64,000 nucleotides of DNA from Leptospiraceae bacterium (lineage in GTDB: Bacteria; Spirochaetota; Leptospiria; Leptospirales; Leptonemataceae): the NCBI GenBank assembly GCA_040217195.1, contig JAVJNR010000005.1:160001-224000 (forward strand), read 5' to 3'. Under the pieces are notes generated by a model. The model made no database searches and had not been told where the DNA came from. It worked only from the letters and a program-made list of their open reading frames with translations. Below are positions 10,115 to 19,315 of the stretch, in pieces; within the stretch, counting starts at the first letter, position 1; each line of letters starts with the position of its first letter. A program made the translations under genes and the position numbers.

Positions 10115-10597
10115 TCAATGGGCCTCCCGCGACAAACCAATCGCGGATCCAAGCCAGGAATCCATGGAAAAGATCCCGCCGCCAGATCTCATGAGTGCCA
10201 GGGCCATCCCCGTTCCCAGGATGAAGAATTCAATACCCTCCCCCTGTTGATTCCCGAACCAGTTCATGAAGAACCCATGCTGCCAATGAACCATCCAAGC
10301 AGCTGATAGCATGATGATCAGCAATCCGGCAGCCACCGGTCTGGTAAGAAAACCCAGGATCAGAAAAATGGATCCGATGGATTCAATCATGATCACCGCA
10401 AAACCCAGAAGCCAGGAAATACCCATAGACTCCGTAAAATAGTCCATGGTATTTTCGAAACCATAGCCTCCAAACCAACCGGTTAATTTCTGAGCCCCGT
10501 GGGCGAGCATGACCAGCCCCAGAGCCATTCTCAACAGAAGCGCTTCGCTCCTATTCTCTGTAGCGAACAAGGTATTCGCCATTTTTCTTATATTCAT
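10115..10597 (-). CDS. DoxX family membrane protein
   Basis: LRMALGLVMLAHGAQKLTGWFGG, LGFLTR, GFFMNWFG..GEGIEF. Start moved to ATG 10597, which follows AGGAGG. Confidence 0.9.
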   Translation of the reverse strand: MNIRKMANTLFATENRSEALLLRMALGLVMLAHGAQKLTGWFGGYGFENTMDYFTESMGISWLLGFAVIMIESIGSIFLILGFLTRPVAAGLLIIMLSAAWMVHWQHGFFMNWFGNQQGEGIEFFILGTGMALALMRSGGGIFSMDSWLGSAIGLSREAH

Positions 10598-10656
10598 TGT
10601 TATCTCCTCCTGAATGAACTTAATGAATTGCGTCCGTTCCACTCTAAACCTGTTTT

Positions 10657-10674
10657 TACTTTAACATTAAAGTA
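10657..10674. promoter_or_regulatory. Putative MarR operator 1
   Basis: Palindrome TACTTTAA-CA-TTAAAGTA upstream of doxX. Confidence 0.75.
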
Positions 10675-10790
10675 TTTGCCGCAGCAACGGATTCGACACG
10701 GAGCCATTCCGTAGCTTCCGTAGCTAACCTCCGAACAAGTTTCCGCATTCTGGTCGCGGCGGCCGAGAATGGCTCCTTTAGTGAATACAT

Positions 10791-10808
10791 TACTTTAACA
10801 TTAAAGTA
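10791..10808. promoter_or_regulatory. Putative MarR operator 2
   Basis: Identical 18-mer TACTTTAACATTAAAGTA; overlaps a minus-strand TATACT (-10-like) at 10805-10810. Confidence 0.75.
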
Positions 10809-10996
10809 TATTCCGAGCTTCAACCCCTGCTCAGTATTTCCGTAATCCGGTACGTTCGCTCCAGCCATCATGTATTCTCCCACATCATAAAGTGTTTACG
10901 AGTCCATAGTATTGAATCTATCTGCGCTTACTTCTATTGTATGGCACTCCTTCCATGTTTCTGTATGATTCCAGCATCGTGAAATAATTCCTGGCG

Positions 10997-11464
10997 CTAA
11001 ATTCTAGGCCTGGTTTTACTCGATTGTAATCCCAGGGTCCTGCACAGCCGACCCAGTTCCAGAACCTCCTCATCGGAGAGATTGGAGAAACCAGACTGCA
11101 ACTCTCCAAGAAAATCAGCGAAGGCTGCGCGAATCTTCTTTTTTCCCGATACAGAAATGTAGAGCACCATGGATCTTGCATCATCCGGATCCTTTTTTCT
11201 ATGGATCCATTTTCTGCGCTCCAGATTGCGGACCACTTGAGTAACATTTCCCTCCGTAAAAAAGAGCTTCTCGCCCACTGCCTTTTGATTCTGGGGACCC
11301 AGATGATACAGACACTCCAGAGCGCCAAATTGGCTGGGAGTAAGTTCATGTCGCCGGGCCACAGAATAAAGCATTGAATGGACCTCTCCGGATGCGCGCA
11401 TCAGCTTGATGTAGGCATCCAGAACATTTCTATCACGAGACTTCCCCTTAAAGTGTGTGGGCAT
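10997..11464 (-). CDS. MarR family transcriptional regulator
   Basis: LTPSQFGALECL, NVTQVVRNLERRKWIHR, DPDDARS (winged helix). Confidence 0.92.
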   Translation of the reverse strand: MPTHFKGKSRDRNVLDAYIKLMRASGEVHSMLYSVARRHELTPSQFGALECLYHLGPQNQKAVGEKLFFTEGNVTQVVRNLERRKWIHRKKDPDDARSMVLYISVSGKKKIRAAFADFLGELQSGFSNLSDEEVLELGRLCRTLGLQSSKTRPRI

Positions 11465-11470
11465 AGCAGA

Positions 11471-11488
11471 TACTTTAATGTTAAAGCA
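11471..11488. promoter_or_regulatory. Putative MarR autoregulatory operator 3
   Basis: TACTTTAATGTTAAAGCA; its reverse complement matches operators 1/2 at 17 of 18 positions. It lies 6 bp from the marR ATG. Confidence 0.72.
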
Positions 11489-11638
11489 TAATCAGAAATC
11501 TGCACAGTCTTTTTACACCTTTTTGGGCTGGGCCTGGCCTTTTTTTCATCCTAAAGATTTTCAGGCCCATTCTGGTCTATTCCGGTTTATCAAATTTCAG
11601 TTGCCACTATTCCATTTCGTTCTATAATTCTGACAGAT

Positions 11639-12460
11639 ATGAGTTCTAGAACTGTTCGCATCGCCTGGTTTGCCCTGGCAGCCTTTGGAGCTATCGCAAT
11701 CGTGCGCCTGGCATATAATCTAATCGAGAGAGATCCTCGGCAATCCGCACTACAATCCGTGCAACAGCAGACCATGGGCATTGACTCTCCGGATACATTA
11801 AGCTTTGGAACTCAGGGATTCTATTCCAGGCAAAGCACCATATTTCTGTCTGTACCGAATGATTCTTTTAGGACAATCCAGAATGCATCTGTCATGGCAC
11901 TCGGGGAGAATGATGCCACCGTTCTTCATCAGAAGCAAAGCCAGGTGGATGGTACAACCTACTTTTTGATTCAGGCTAGAGTAGGACAGAAAGAAGCAGA
12001 AGCCCTATTAAGTACCTGGAAATCGCAGTTGGAAGTACTGAGTTTTGAAGAAAGCCGTAAGAACCTTTCTGCAGAATACACATCTTTAAAAGCAAGACTG
12101 GATTCATTACAGGAAAGCAAAACTAGAATTACAATCACTCCGGCACAGTTTAAACTGAGCGCAACCAGGGAGTTGAGCGAAGAACAGGCTGCTCTTCAAA
12201 CCAGGCTTGCAGAGTTCGAAGAGGCCAGAAATGCGAATCCGCAACAGGCGCTGACTGCGGTTTTTCTGGCCAGACCTTCTATCGGAATTTCATCCATTGC
12301 ATCGGCCATACTGGACGCTATATGGTGGAGCATTGCATTGTTTGGTGCTCTTGCAATTCTTAGCCTTTTTGGATTTCTTATACTGAGGCTTTTTCAGGGT
12401 GGCAAAGATCTACTTTCTTTTCTGGGTTCCAGACTGGATCCCAAAAATGATGAGGTTTAA
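11639..12460 (+). CDS. Membrane protein, DUF4349-like
   Basis: N-terminal TM, LSVP..F segment, coiled coil (NLSAEYTSLKARLDSL), C-terminal TM. Confidence 0.5.
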   Translation: MSSRTVRIAWFALAAFGAIAIVRLAYNLIERDPRQSALQSVQQQTMGIDSPDTLSFGTQGFYSRQSTIFLSVPNDSFRTIQNASVMALGENDATVLHQKQSQVDGTTYFLIQARVGQKEAEALLSTWKSQLEVLSFEESRKNLSAEYTSLKARLDSLQESKTRITITPAQFKLSATRELSEEQAALQTRLAEFEEARNANPQQALTAVFLARPSIGISSIASAILDAIWWSIALFGALAILSLFGFLILRLFQGGKDLLSFLGSRLDPKNDEV

Positions 12461-12531
12461 AGCCAGACCAGAGCCGGCAGCATTGCAATTAAGACCATGA
12501 ATTATGGCCAGTTAGTCCAGCCGAATCTATA

Positions 12532-14109
12532 CTAACCGGCCTGTTCCCTTTCCAGGGTGGCGGCAAGGTGCTGCTTCTCCATTTCCAGGGAATCTACCAC
12601 TGACTGGATGGCTCCAACGGCGCCGGTTAGCTCTTCCAGTTCCTGCTGTAGAGTACCCAGTTCATTGTTTGCCTGACCGGTTTGACTGGCCTGGAGTTCC
12701 GTTCTGGATTTCATCTGACCGGCCACTTCCTGAATTTCCAGAGTCGCTTTTTGAATGTCTGTGAAGAAGCCCTGCTGCCTGGAAATCAATTCATGAATTT
12801 CCTGGGTGCGAGTTTGCATATGCTCGGATCGCTCATGGATTCTCTGCATTGTGCTACCCATGCTTCGCACCAGGCCCGCTCCCTGCATGGTCTGATCATG
12901 ACTGCGGCGAATCAAAATCTCAATTTCGCTGGCATGCCGACTGGACATTTCAGCAAGCTTGCCCACTTCCGATGCCACTACAGAAAAACCACGTCCTTCT
13001 TCACCGGCCCGTGCGGCTTCTATGGCAGCATTCAGAGCCAGCAAATTAGTTCTTTCTGCAATTTCATTTATGATGTCCAGAATCTCAAAAATTCGATTGG
13101 AGCTTTCCTGAATGCCTTCCATGCCGGAAAGAGTCTTTTGTAAAGTACCCTCTCCGTCGGTGAGAAGATCCATGATTTGCTGAGATCCGGTAAGATTCAT
13201 TTCGCTGGAACGAATAATGTCTTCCATCCTGGCTCGAAATTTCAACACCAGGTTCGTATTGGACTGACAGAGCTGGTCCTGCCTGGAGGCACCGGCCGCA
13301 GCTTCTTGCATTTCACCACTTACACTCTGAATCAACTCACCGGTCTGCTCCAGGGCATCTTTCTGATGTAGCCTTGTGGCATCCAGGGTCTGCACACTTA
13401 ACTTAAGGTCCTGAATTTGATCACCCAGACTGTGAACTACAGAACGTGCACTTCGTAGCAGCTCAGAAAGCAATTTGAATCGTTTCTGAGAATCCTCCCT
13501 TTCTTCATTCACTTTAAAGATCATTCTGCGAATCATTTTTGTGGCCAGGGCAAGAGCGATGGACAGACCAATCATGAAAGTGGATGCGATGATCAATTCC
13601 ACCGGACTCAAATAATTCAACACAGTGCTGCCCTTCTCAACGCTCCATTGCACTGGAGTAAAGTGGACCACTATAAAGTGAAGTGCAGTATTTACAGCCA
13701 CTGCAAGCATTCCGGTAATGATTACCAGTCTGGGTGCAAATCTGAGCACAGATGCCGCTATCAAAACGTAGTACAATCCATGTCTTGTAGCATTTCGCAC
13801 AGCCCATTCATGTCCATCGTCTACAAAGACATGTCCCAGGTATACGATGAACAGACCCAGCATTTCACCTCCGGTGAATATGTATTTCATGTAGGAACGG
13901 TACCTGTGATGCCGCAATGCAAGAAAGGAGAGTAGAAATACCAGTGTGTAGGTGGCAATACCGGCCAGGTAAAATAGAGTCTGTTGTAGCGGTGCCGTGC
14001 CTGCGAAGTATCCTATGGCCGTTGCTAGAAGGAAAATGATGATCAGTAATAGTCTGAGGCGTCCGGTGAGGCGTTCCCCCTCCATCTCAAAAGCAAGCTG
14101 ACGGTTCAT
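12532..14109 (-). CDS. Methyl-accepting chemotaxis protein with multi-TM N-terminus
   Basis: [37 protein letters not shown] hairpin tip; about 6 N-terminal TM segments. Confidence 0.92.
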   Translation of the reverse strand: MNRQLAFEMEGERLTGRLRLLLIIIFLLATAIGYFAGTAPLQQTLFYLAGIATYTLVFLLSFLALRHHRYRSYMKYIFTGGEMLGLFIVYLGHVFVDDGHEWAVRNATRHGLYYVLIAASVLRFAPRLVIITGMLAVAVNTALHFIVVHFTPVQWSVEKGSTVLNYLSPVELIIASTFMIGLSIALALATKMIRRMIFKVNEEREDSQKRFKLLSELLRSARSVVHSLGDQIQDLKLSVQTLDATRLHQKDALEQTGELIQSVSGEMQEAAAGASRQDQLCQSNTNLVLKFRARMEDIIRSSEMNLTGSQQIMDLLTDGEGTLQKTLSGMEGIQESSNRIFEILDIINEIAERTNLLALNAAIEAARAGEEGRGFSVVASEVGKLAEMSSRHASEIEILIRRSHDQTMQGAGLVRSMGSTMQRIHERSEHMQTRTQEIHELISRQQGFFTDIQKATLEIQEVAGQMKSRTELQASQTGQANNELGTLQQELEELTGAVGAIQSVVDSLEMEKQHLAATLEREQAG

Positions 14110-14120
14110 GGAGAACAGGT

Positions 14121-15815
14121 TTAGGGTCTACGGCGGGAAAAAGCAAGCTGAACATCTTCCTGGGCATCTTCATCGGAAGAATTTCGATGTTCGCTGCTGG
14201 CTTCCGGTGCTTTGCCGGAATCGCTCTTCGTGGCTTCTTCAGCAGGATGAGTCGAGTTGCCGTTGGATGAGTTCTTTCCATTACTCGAATTCTCTATTGA
14301 TTCACCGGCACTGGTATCCGGATCTTCGGGCATGGGATAATCTGGATATTCAGAGAATCCTGAATGTCCGTAATCGGAGTCATCATCCTCTTCCAGAAAC
14401 TCACCTGTTCCATGAAACAAAGGTAGATTCATTAATGTCTGGCGCAACTCTTCATGGTCCTTTCCACGATGCACTATTCGCATCCAGATAAAGTACAGAG
14501 GTACTCCGGACAGAACAACACCCAGAGCAATCAGACATTCCTCATAGGAGTACAGAAGGCTGGCAACCATGACAAAGATGGAAACTCCAATGAAGAATAA
14601 AGGAATAAATGGATACCAGGGAGTCTTATAATGACCGTTTAGATCTGGACGATCTTTGCGAAGCTTCATCAATCCTGCCACTGCAACTACAGGGAAAATC
14701 GCCAGAGCAAATCCCATATAGGTTTGAATCTGTTCGTAGGTCCCACTGATAATGTAGATTACGGCAAGCAGCCCTTGAAGCAGAAAACTGACAATGGGAG
14801 TACCAAATCTAGGCGAAACTTTTGAGGCTGCCTGAAAGAACAGATTATCTCGAGCCATGGCAAAGTATACCCGCGGCCCAAGCATAATTGTGGCAGATAG
14901 AGTGGAAATAAGGATGAAAAAGAATCCCAGATTGAACAGAGCCGTAACCCTGGCACCAAACAGACTTCCGGCACTCATGGCGGCCACCGCTTCTTTGCCC
15001 GCAAGAGTTTCAGCCGGCACTGCCAGATAGTACACCAGGTTTAGAAGAATGTACAGAGTGGTTGTGAGCAGAGTTCCAACTATCAAAGCCTTTGGTAATG
15101 TCTTCTTTGGATCCTTAACTTCTTCTGCAAGATAGGCAGCACTGTTCCAGCCGCTGTATGCGAAAGTGACGTATAAAAGCCCTACCCCGGTACCGCCCCA
15201 GGCAATGGCCTGGCCAGAGGTTACCTTTTCAGCGATTGGTATTTCTTTTACAAGCAGAGCTACATAAAGCCCGGCACCAACGAAACCAACCACGAGAGCC
15301 AGTTTTACCACAGTGAGAATATTCTGTAGATACCCCCCGGCCCGGACTCCAAACATATGAATTCCGGTGAAGAGTAATACCAAACCGCAGGCCACAATCT
15401 TCTGGTTTACTGCTGACTGCAAAAAAGGTACGAGAGGGGAAGTGGGGTCCAGAAGTGCAACGGTCTTCTCTGCATATACACTGGACAGCAATGCAGCACT
15501 GGCCGCCGGTGCAGAGAAGGCGACAACAAAGGAAACCCATCCAGTAAGAAAGCTGGGTAACAATCCAAAGATATTCTTTAAATAAACGTATTCGCCACCG
15601 GCATGTGGCATGATGGTGGATAGCTCTGCATAGCAAAGAGCACCGGAAAGAGCTAGAAGACCACCCACCAGCCATAGCAAGATCACATAGCCAGGATTGG
15701 CCACAGCTTGCTGAATAATGCCAGTATTACCAAAGATCCCTGATCCAATCATGCTTGCGATTACCACAAGCGTTGCGGTCCAGAAACCCAGCTGTCTTGT
15801 TAGTCCGTTGCTCAT
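14121..15815 (-). CDS. APC-family amino acid permease
   Basis: [49 protein letters not shown]; acidic C-terminal tail. Confidence 0.93.
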   Translation of the reverse strand: MSNGLTRQLGFWTATLVVIASMIGSGIFGNTGIIQQAVANPGYVILLWLVGGLLALSGALCYAELSTIMPHAGGEYVYLKNIFGLLPSFLTGWVSFVVAFSAPAASAALLSSVYAEKTVALLDPTSPLVPFLQSAVNQKIVACGLVLLFTGIHMFGVRAGGYLQNILTVVKLALVVGFVGAGLYVALLVKEIPIAEKVTSGQAIAWGGTGVGLLYVTFAYSGWNSAAYLAEEVKDPKKTLPKALIVGTLLTTTLYILLNLVYYLAVPAETLAGKEAVAAMSAGSLFGARVTALFNLGFFFILISTLSATIMLGPRVYFAMARDNLFFQAASKVSPRFGTPIVSFLLQGLLAVIYIISGTYEQIQTYMGFALAIFPVVAVAGLMKLRKDRPDLNGHYKTPWYPFIPLFFIGVSIFVMVASLLYSYEECLIALGVVLSGVPLYFIWMRIVHRGKDHEELRQTLMNLPLFHGTGEFLEEDDDSDYGHSGFSEYPDYPMPEDPDTSAGESIENSSNGKNSSNGNSTHPAEEATKSDSGKAPEASSEHRNSSDEDAQEDVQLAFSRRRP

Positions 15816-15978
15816 GGGGCCAGGAGGGGTTAAAATGACTTCATCGCAGAAAGGCTCCCTGAGGGCAAATTCTTATTGACATAACGCTTACCTTTTTTGA
15901 TCAACCGGTGTGTCCTTGCATTTGAAATTTACAGATGCAAAATTCGGGACCATCTGTTGTTTCCGCATCTAACCTCCA

Positions 15979-17181
15979 ATGAAAGCTACACCAATTATTC
16001 TAATTACACTATTCTTCGCTACGGTCTATTGTGGACCTTCCAATCCGGGAGATGGCTCAACAGATTCATCTTCGCAGAAAAACCCGGAGCAGTTGAATTC
16101 TTTTTTACTGGGTTATGACGGATTGTCCGATCCAGAGCTTCAAAAAAAAGCGGATTATCTGGCCGGAAAAAAGGATGCTTATGGTTCTGAAAGCTTCAAA
16201 GATCATTCCTCTTCATTCAATAGAATCTGGAAAAAGGGAGAGGATCTGCGGCTGAATAAAATAAAAACCTGGGGACAGAAAGAATTCGCACCTTTATGCG
16301 AACAAACCGCTACCGTTTTTTATCCTTTTGGGGGTGCAGACATATTGCACTCATCGCTTTTCTTTCCCTGTGGTCAAAATACGATAATGATTGGCCTGGA
16401 GCCACCGGGAACAGTGGCTGACCTGGGGAAGTTATCCGAGCCGGCCCGTCGCCGTTATCTGGGTGCTGTTCGACAGTCACTGTTTAGCATTATTGAATTT
16501 TCATTCTTTCGCACACTTGCCATGCGAGATGACTTTGCCAATGTTCTGGATGGAGTAGCTCCAGTACTTGTGGTTTTTCTGGCCAGACTGGATTATGAAT
16601 TGCTGGCATTTCGTGAAATTCGAGTTGTTTCCGATGGAAAGACAGTAACCAGAACAGCCTATGAATCTCTGAAGAAAGAAAATCCAAATCTGACTGCAGT
16701 TCCCGGTGTGCAGATCTTCTATCGCACAAAGGCAGAAGGGCCGGTTCATAGTGTGGCCTATTTCTCTACTGACATCTCCAATCAGGGATTGCAGGAAACT
16801 CCCTATTTTTTACCGGCCATAAAGGAAGCCCTGGGTACTCCGACTATAAGTTATCTAAAGGCTGCCTCCTATTTAATGCACCGAGATTCTTTTTCAGACA
16901 TCCGGGATTTCATTCTGGATGAAAGTGAATTTCTTCTGGGCGATAGCTCCGGAATTCCAATCAAGTACATGAAAGATGGCCGCTGGGATTTAACGTACTA
17001 CGGCCAGTATGATAGGCCAATAAAGCTATTCTCCGTTCGACACCAGGAAGATTTCAAGGCTGACTTCAGAAAAAAGGAAAACGAGATTCGACCGCTCCCA
17101 ATTGGAATCGGCTACAACTACATCAAAGGCACTTCACATATGGTTCTGGGAACCAAAAAGGAAGCCTCGACCAGAGAATAA
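15979..17181 (+). CDS. Hypothetical lipoprotein
   Basis: Signal peptide ending ATVYC, followed by a Ser/Gly linker and a 400-aa ORF of normal composition. Confidence 0.7.
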   Translation: MKATPIILITLFFATVYCGPSNPGDGSTDSSSQKNPEQLNSFLLGYDGLSDPELQKKADYLAGKKDAYGSESFKDHSSSFNRIWKKGEDLRLNKIKTWGQKEFAPLCEQTATVFYPFGGADILHSSLFFPCGQNTIMIGLEPPGTVADLGKLSEPARRRYLGAVRQSLFSIIEFSFFRTLAMRDDFANVLDGVAPVLVVFLARLDYELLAFREIRVVSDGKTVTRTAYESLKKENPNLTAVPGVQIFYRTKAEGPVHSVAYFSTDISNQGLQETPYFLPAIKEALGTPTISYLKAASYLMHRDSFSDIRDFILDESEFLLGDSSGIPIKYMKDGRWDLTYYGQYDRPIKLFSVRHQEDFKADFRKKENEIRPLPIGIGYNYIKGTSHMVLGTKKEASTRE

Positions 17182-17228
17182 TCAAAGGTACCGCCTAAAT
17201 CGTGAGTGCCTAACTTTCCAACCGGCTC

Positions 17229-17258
17229 GGGTATCGCTTCTGGTCCAAAGCGATACCC
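17229..17258. terminator. Hairpin between convergent genes
   Basis: Perfect 11-bp stem GGGTATCGCTT / AAGCGATACCC with 8-nt loop; no U-tract. Confidence 0.4.
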
Positions 17259-17362
17259 ACCCTTCCAGGACTTTCATTGAATAGCTTCCAGGCAGGATGT
17301 ACCCTTTGTCCTGTCCGGGTGCTAGATTGACTCACATGGCTAGCACTACGCCCGGGCGAATT

Positions 17363-17974
17363 CTAAATACTTGCAGGAGATTTTTCCGGTGGATGATTCA
17401 CAGGTTGCCCTTTCTTAACTTGATACGGATTCTTACCTGAAATGATCCTGGCTTTCAAACCATTGGCCCAGAGGCGAATGGCATCCGGATCCCTGTAATC
17501 TCCCTCTTTGAGCCCCTTGATTTTCATCCCTATCCTGAAAGGAAGTCTTATCCACATGGGAATGGAATTGTAATTTAAAGTGCCGGCAAAACCCTGAATT
17601 TCCAGAGGTTCATATCCTACCAGATTTTGAATCTTTCCTGCATAAGTCTCAGCCTGATGCCTTCCGCTCTCTCCGCCAGCCAGGCTCAAACAGGAAAAGA
17701 AAAACGCTACCGGCCGATGGGCTAGTTTTACTTCATTTCTGCGAATGTATTCCGTCATCTGAGGGAGCCAGCGATCGTATCGGATGGCACTACCTGCAAT
17801 AACAGCATCAAACCTGGATGGGTCCGGCCAATTGGAGTGCTCCCTTTTCAGTCGATGCACCGTAACATTGGCAACATCCCTATACTGCTGTGCAATGATA
17901 TCAGCAATGCCAGCCGTGGAGCCACCTCCCGTTGCGTACAGTACCAACAATTCGATCTTGTCTTGCCTTTTCAT
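17363..17974 (-). CDS. Flavodoxin-domain protein (HemG/Flavodoxin_5-like)
   Basis: LVLYATGGGSTAGIA, FDAVIAGSAIRY, VAFFFSCL, FAGTL, GDYRD. Confidence 0.8.
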   Translation of the reverse strand: MKRQDKIELLVLYATGGGSTAGIADIIAQQYRDVANVTVHRLKREHSNWPDPSRFDAVIAGSAIRYDRWLPQMTEYIRRNEVKLAHRPVAFFFSCLSLAGGESGRHQAETYAGKIQNLVGYEPLEIQGFAGTLNYNSIPMWIRLPFRIGMKIKGLKEGDYRDPDAIRLWANGLKARIISGKNPYQVKKGQPVNHPPEKSPASI

Positions 17975-17996
17975 ATGGCCCCCTGTTTCTTGCTTG

Positions 17997-18013
17997 CTTT
18001 ACAGCATGTAAAG
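17997..18013. promoter_or_regulatory. Putative TetR operator A
   Basis: Perfect palindrome CTTTACA-GCA-TGTAAAG in the divergent intergenic region. Confidence 0.7.
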
Positions 18014-18039
18014 TAGCGAAGTACAAAAGGAAGGCATTA

Positions 18040-18056
18040 CTTTACACCATGTCAAG
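18040..18056. promoter_or_regulatory. Putative TetR operator B (overlaps tetR ATG)
   Basis: CTTTACA-CCA-TGTCAAG, one arm mismatch relative to operator A. Confidence 0.65.
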
Positions 18057-18639
18057 CAAAAAAGAACAGAGAAATGAAACCCATCTAAGAATCCTGGAAG
18101 CTACCTGGAAGATCCTGGAAATGCCGGCTGCCCATATTCCCAGCATGTCAGAAGTGGCTCGCGCGGCGGGAATCTCACGTCAGGCTGTTTACCTGCATTT
18201 CACCTCCAGGGCGGAATTGCTCATTTCTACAATCCAGTTCATAGACGAAAGGCAGGGCTTGCCTGAAAGACTGGCTCAAATATATGAATGCGAAAGTGCA
18301 ATCGATATGCTGGATCGATGCGTGGAAATCTGGGGAGCCTACCTGCCGGAAATCAAAGGCATCTCAGCTGCATTGATTCAACTCAGGGATTCGGATCCGG
18401 AAGTGCTGGAAGCCTGGAATGAAACCGTTAGATGCCTCACCGAGGTTTGCAAAGACTGCATTTCCAGGCTGAGCAAAGAGGGACTTCTGGCCCGGGACTG
18501 GACTGCTTCGAGAGCCACAGCGATGTTCGCCGGATTGCTATCCATCCCTGCCTGGGATGAGCTGCGAAGAGCTGGATGGAGTAACCGGGACTATATCTCA
18601 AATCTAAAGCTAACTGCCAGGCGAACCTTCTGCATTTGA
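18049..18639 (+). CDS. TetR/AcrR family regulator
   Basis: RILEATWKIL..SMSEVARAAGISRQAVYLHFTSR. Start moved to ATG 18049 because the longer ORF overlaps the divergent gene. Confidence 0.92.
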   Translation: MSSKKEQRNETHLRILEATWKILEMPAAHIPSMSEVARAAGISRQAVYLHFTSRAELLISTIQFIDERQGLPERLAQIYECESAIDMLDRCVEIWGAYLPEIKGISAALIQLRDSDPEVLEAWNETVRCLTEVCKDCISRLSKEGLLARDWTASRATAMFAGLLSIPAWDELRRAGWSNRDYISNLKLTARRTFCI

Positions 18640-18746
18640 ACTATGATGTTGAAAAAGTCGCACTCTCAGAAGCCCTGGAGGCGATGATAGATCGGGGCCC
18701 TGGCGAATCGAAGAAAACCTCAAGCCAGGAGTTCAGAGTAACGGCT

Positions 18747-19232
18747 TTAGCTTACTTCGGCCTGCAAAGGAAGTGCAATCTGTCCGGTTCGAGCTACTTC
18801 TAGAATTCCAAAGGGTTCCAGCATTGTCAGAAGACTATTTACCTGTCGTGGACTTCCCTGCATTTCAATTAGCATGGATTCTGGCATGATCTCCTGGATT
18901 CGACCATGAAAAACCTCTACAATTCCAAAGATCTGGGTGCGATCATCCTTGCTGCAGGAAACCCGAATCAGGATTAGCTCTCGAATCACCGAATCGTGAT
19001 ATGGCAGGGCCTTCACTTCAATGACATCGGCCAGCTTTAGAAGCTGTCCCTGAAACTGAGTCAGTACGTGATCATCCCCTCGCAGAACGATGGTAATCAC
19101 TGAAACTCCATCTTCATGGGTGACTCCCACGGCAATACTATCGATATTGTACCCTCGACGGGTAAATAGCCCGGATACATGACTCATTACGCCCGGTTTA
19201 TTTCGTACGACTATGGACAGAATATGCTTCAT
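18747..19232 (-). CDS. ilvN: Acetolactate synthase small (regulatory) subunit
   Basis: NKPGVMSHVSGLFTRRGYNIDSIAV, RELILIRV, GILEVARTG. Confidence 0.95.
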   Translation of the reverse strand: MKHILSIVVRNKPGVMSHVSGLFTRRGYNIDSIAVGVTHEDGVSVITIVLRGDDHVLTQFQGQLLKLADVIEVKALPYHDSVIRELILIRVSCSKDDRTQIFGIVEVFHGRIQEIMPESMLIEMQGSPRQVNSLLTMLEPFGILEVARTGQIALPLQAEVS

Positions 19233-19315
19233 CTATGCAGTCAGTGGCTTCCTCCATGACACCGGGTCAATTGAAAATCGGGTTACAGAGAAGGGCCCGC
19301 TGACTGTCTGGACCA

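Noticed and set aside
10656..10883. 75-aa ORF between marR and doxX
   Set aside because: It runs through both operators and has no recognisable motif; more likely regulatory DNA, though not excluded.
15860..15955. Possible c-di-GMP-I riboswitch (GGGCAAA ... GATGCAAA)
   Set aside because: The GAAA is not closed by a pairing stem and the spacing does not fit.
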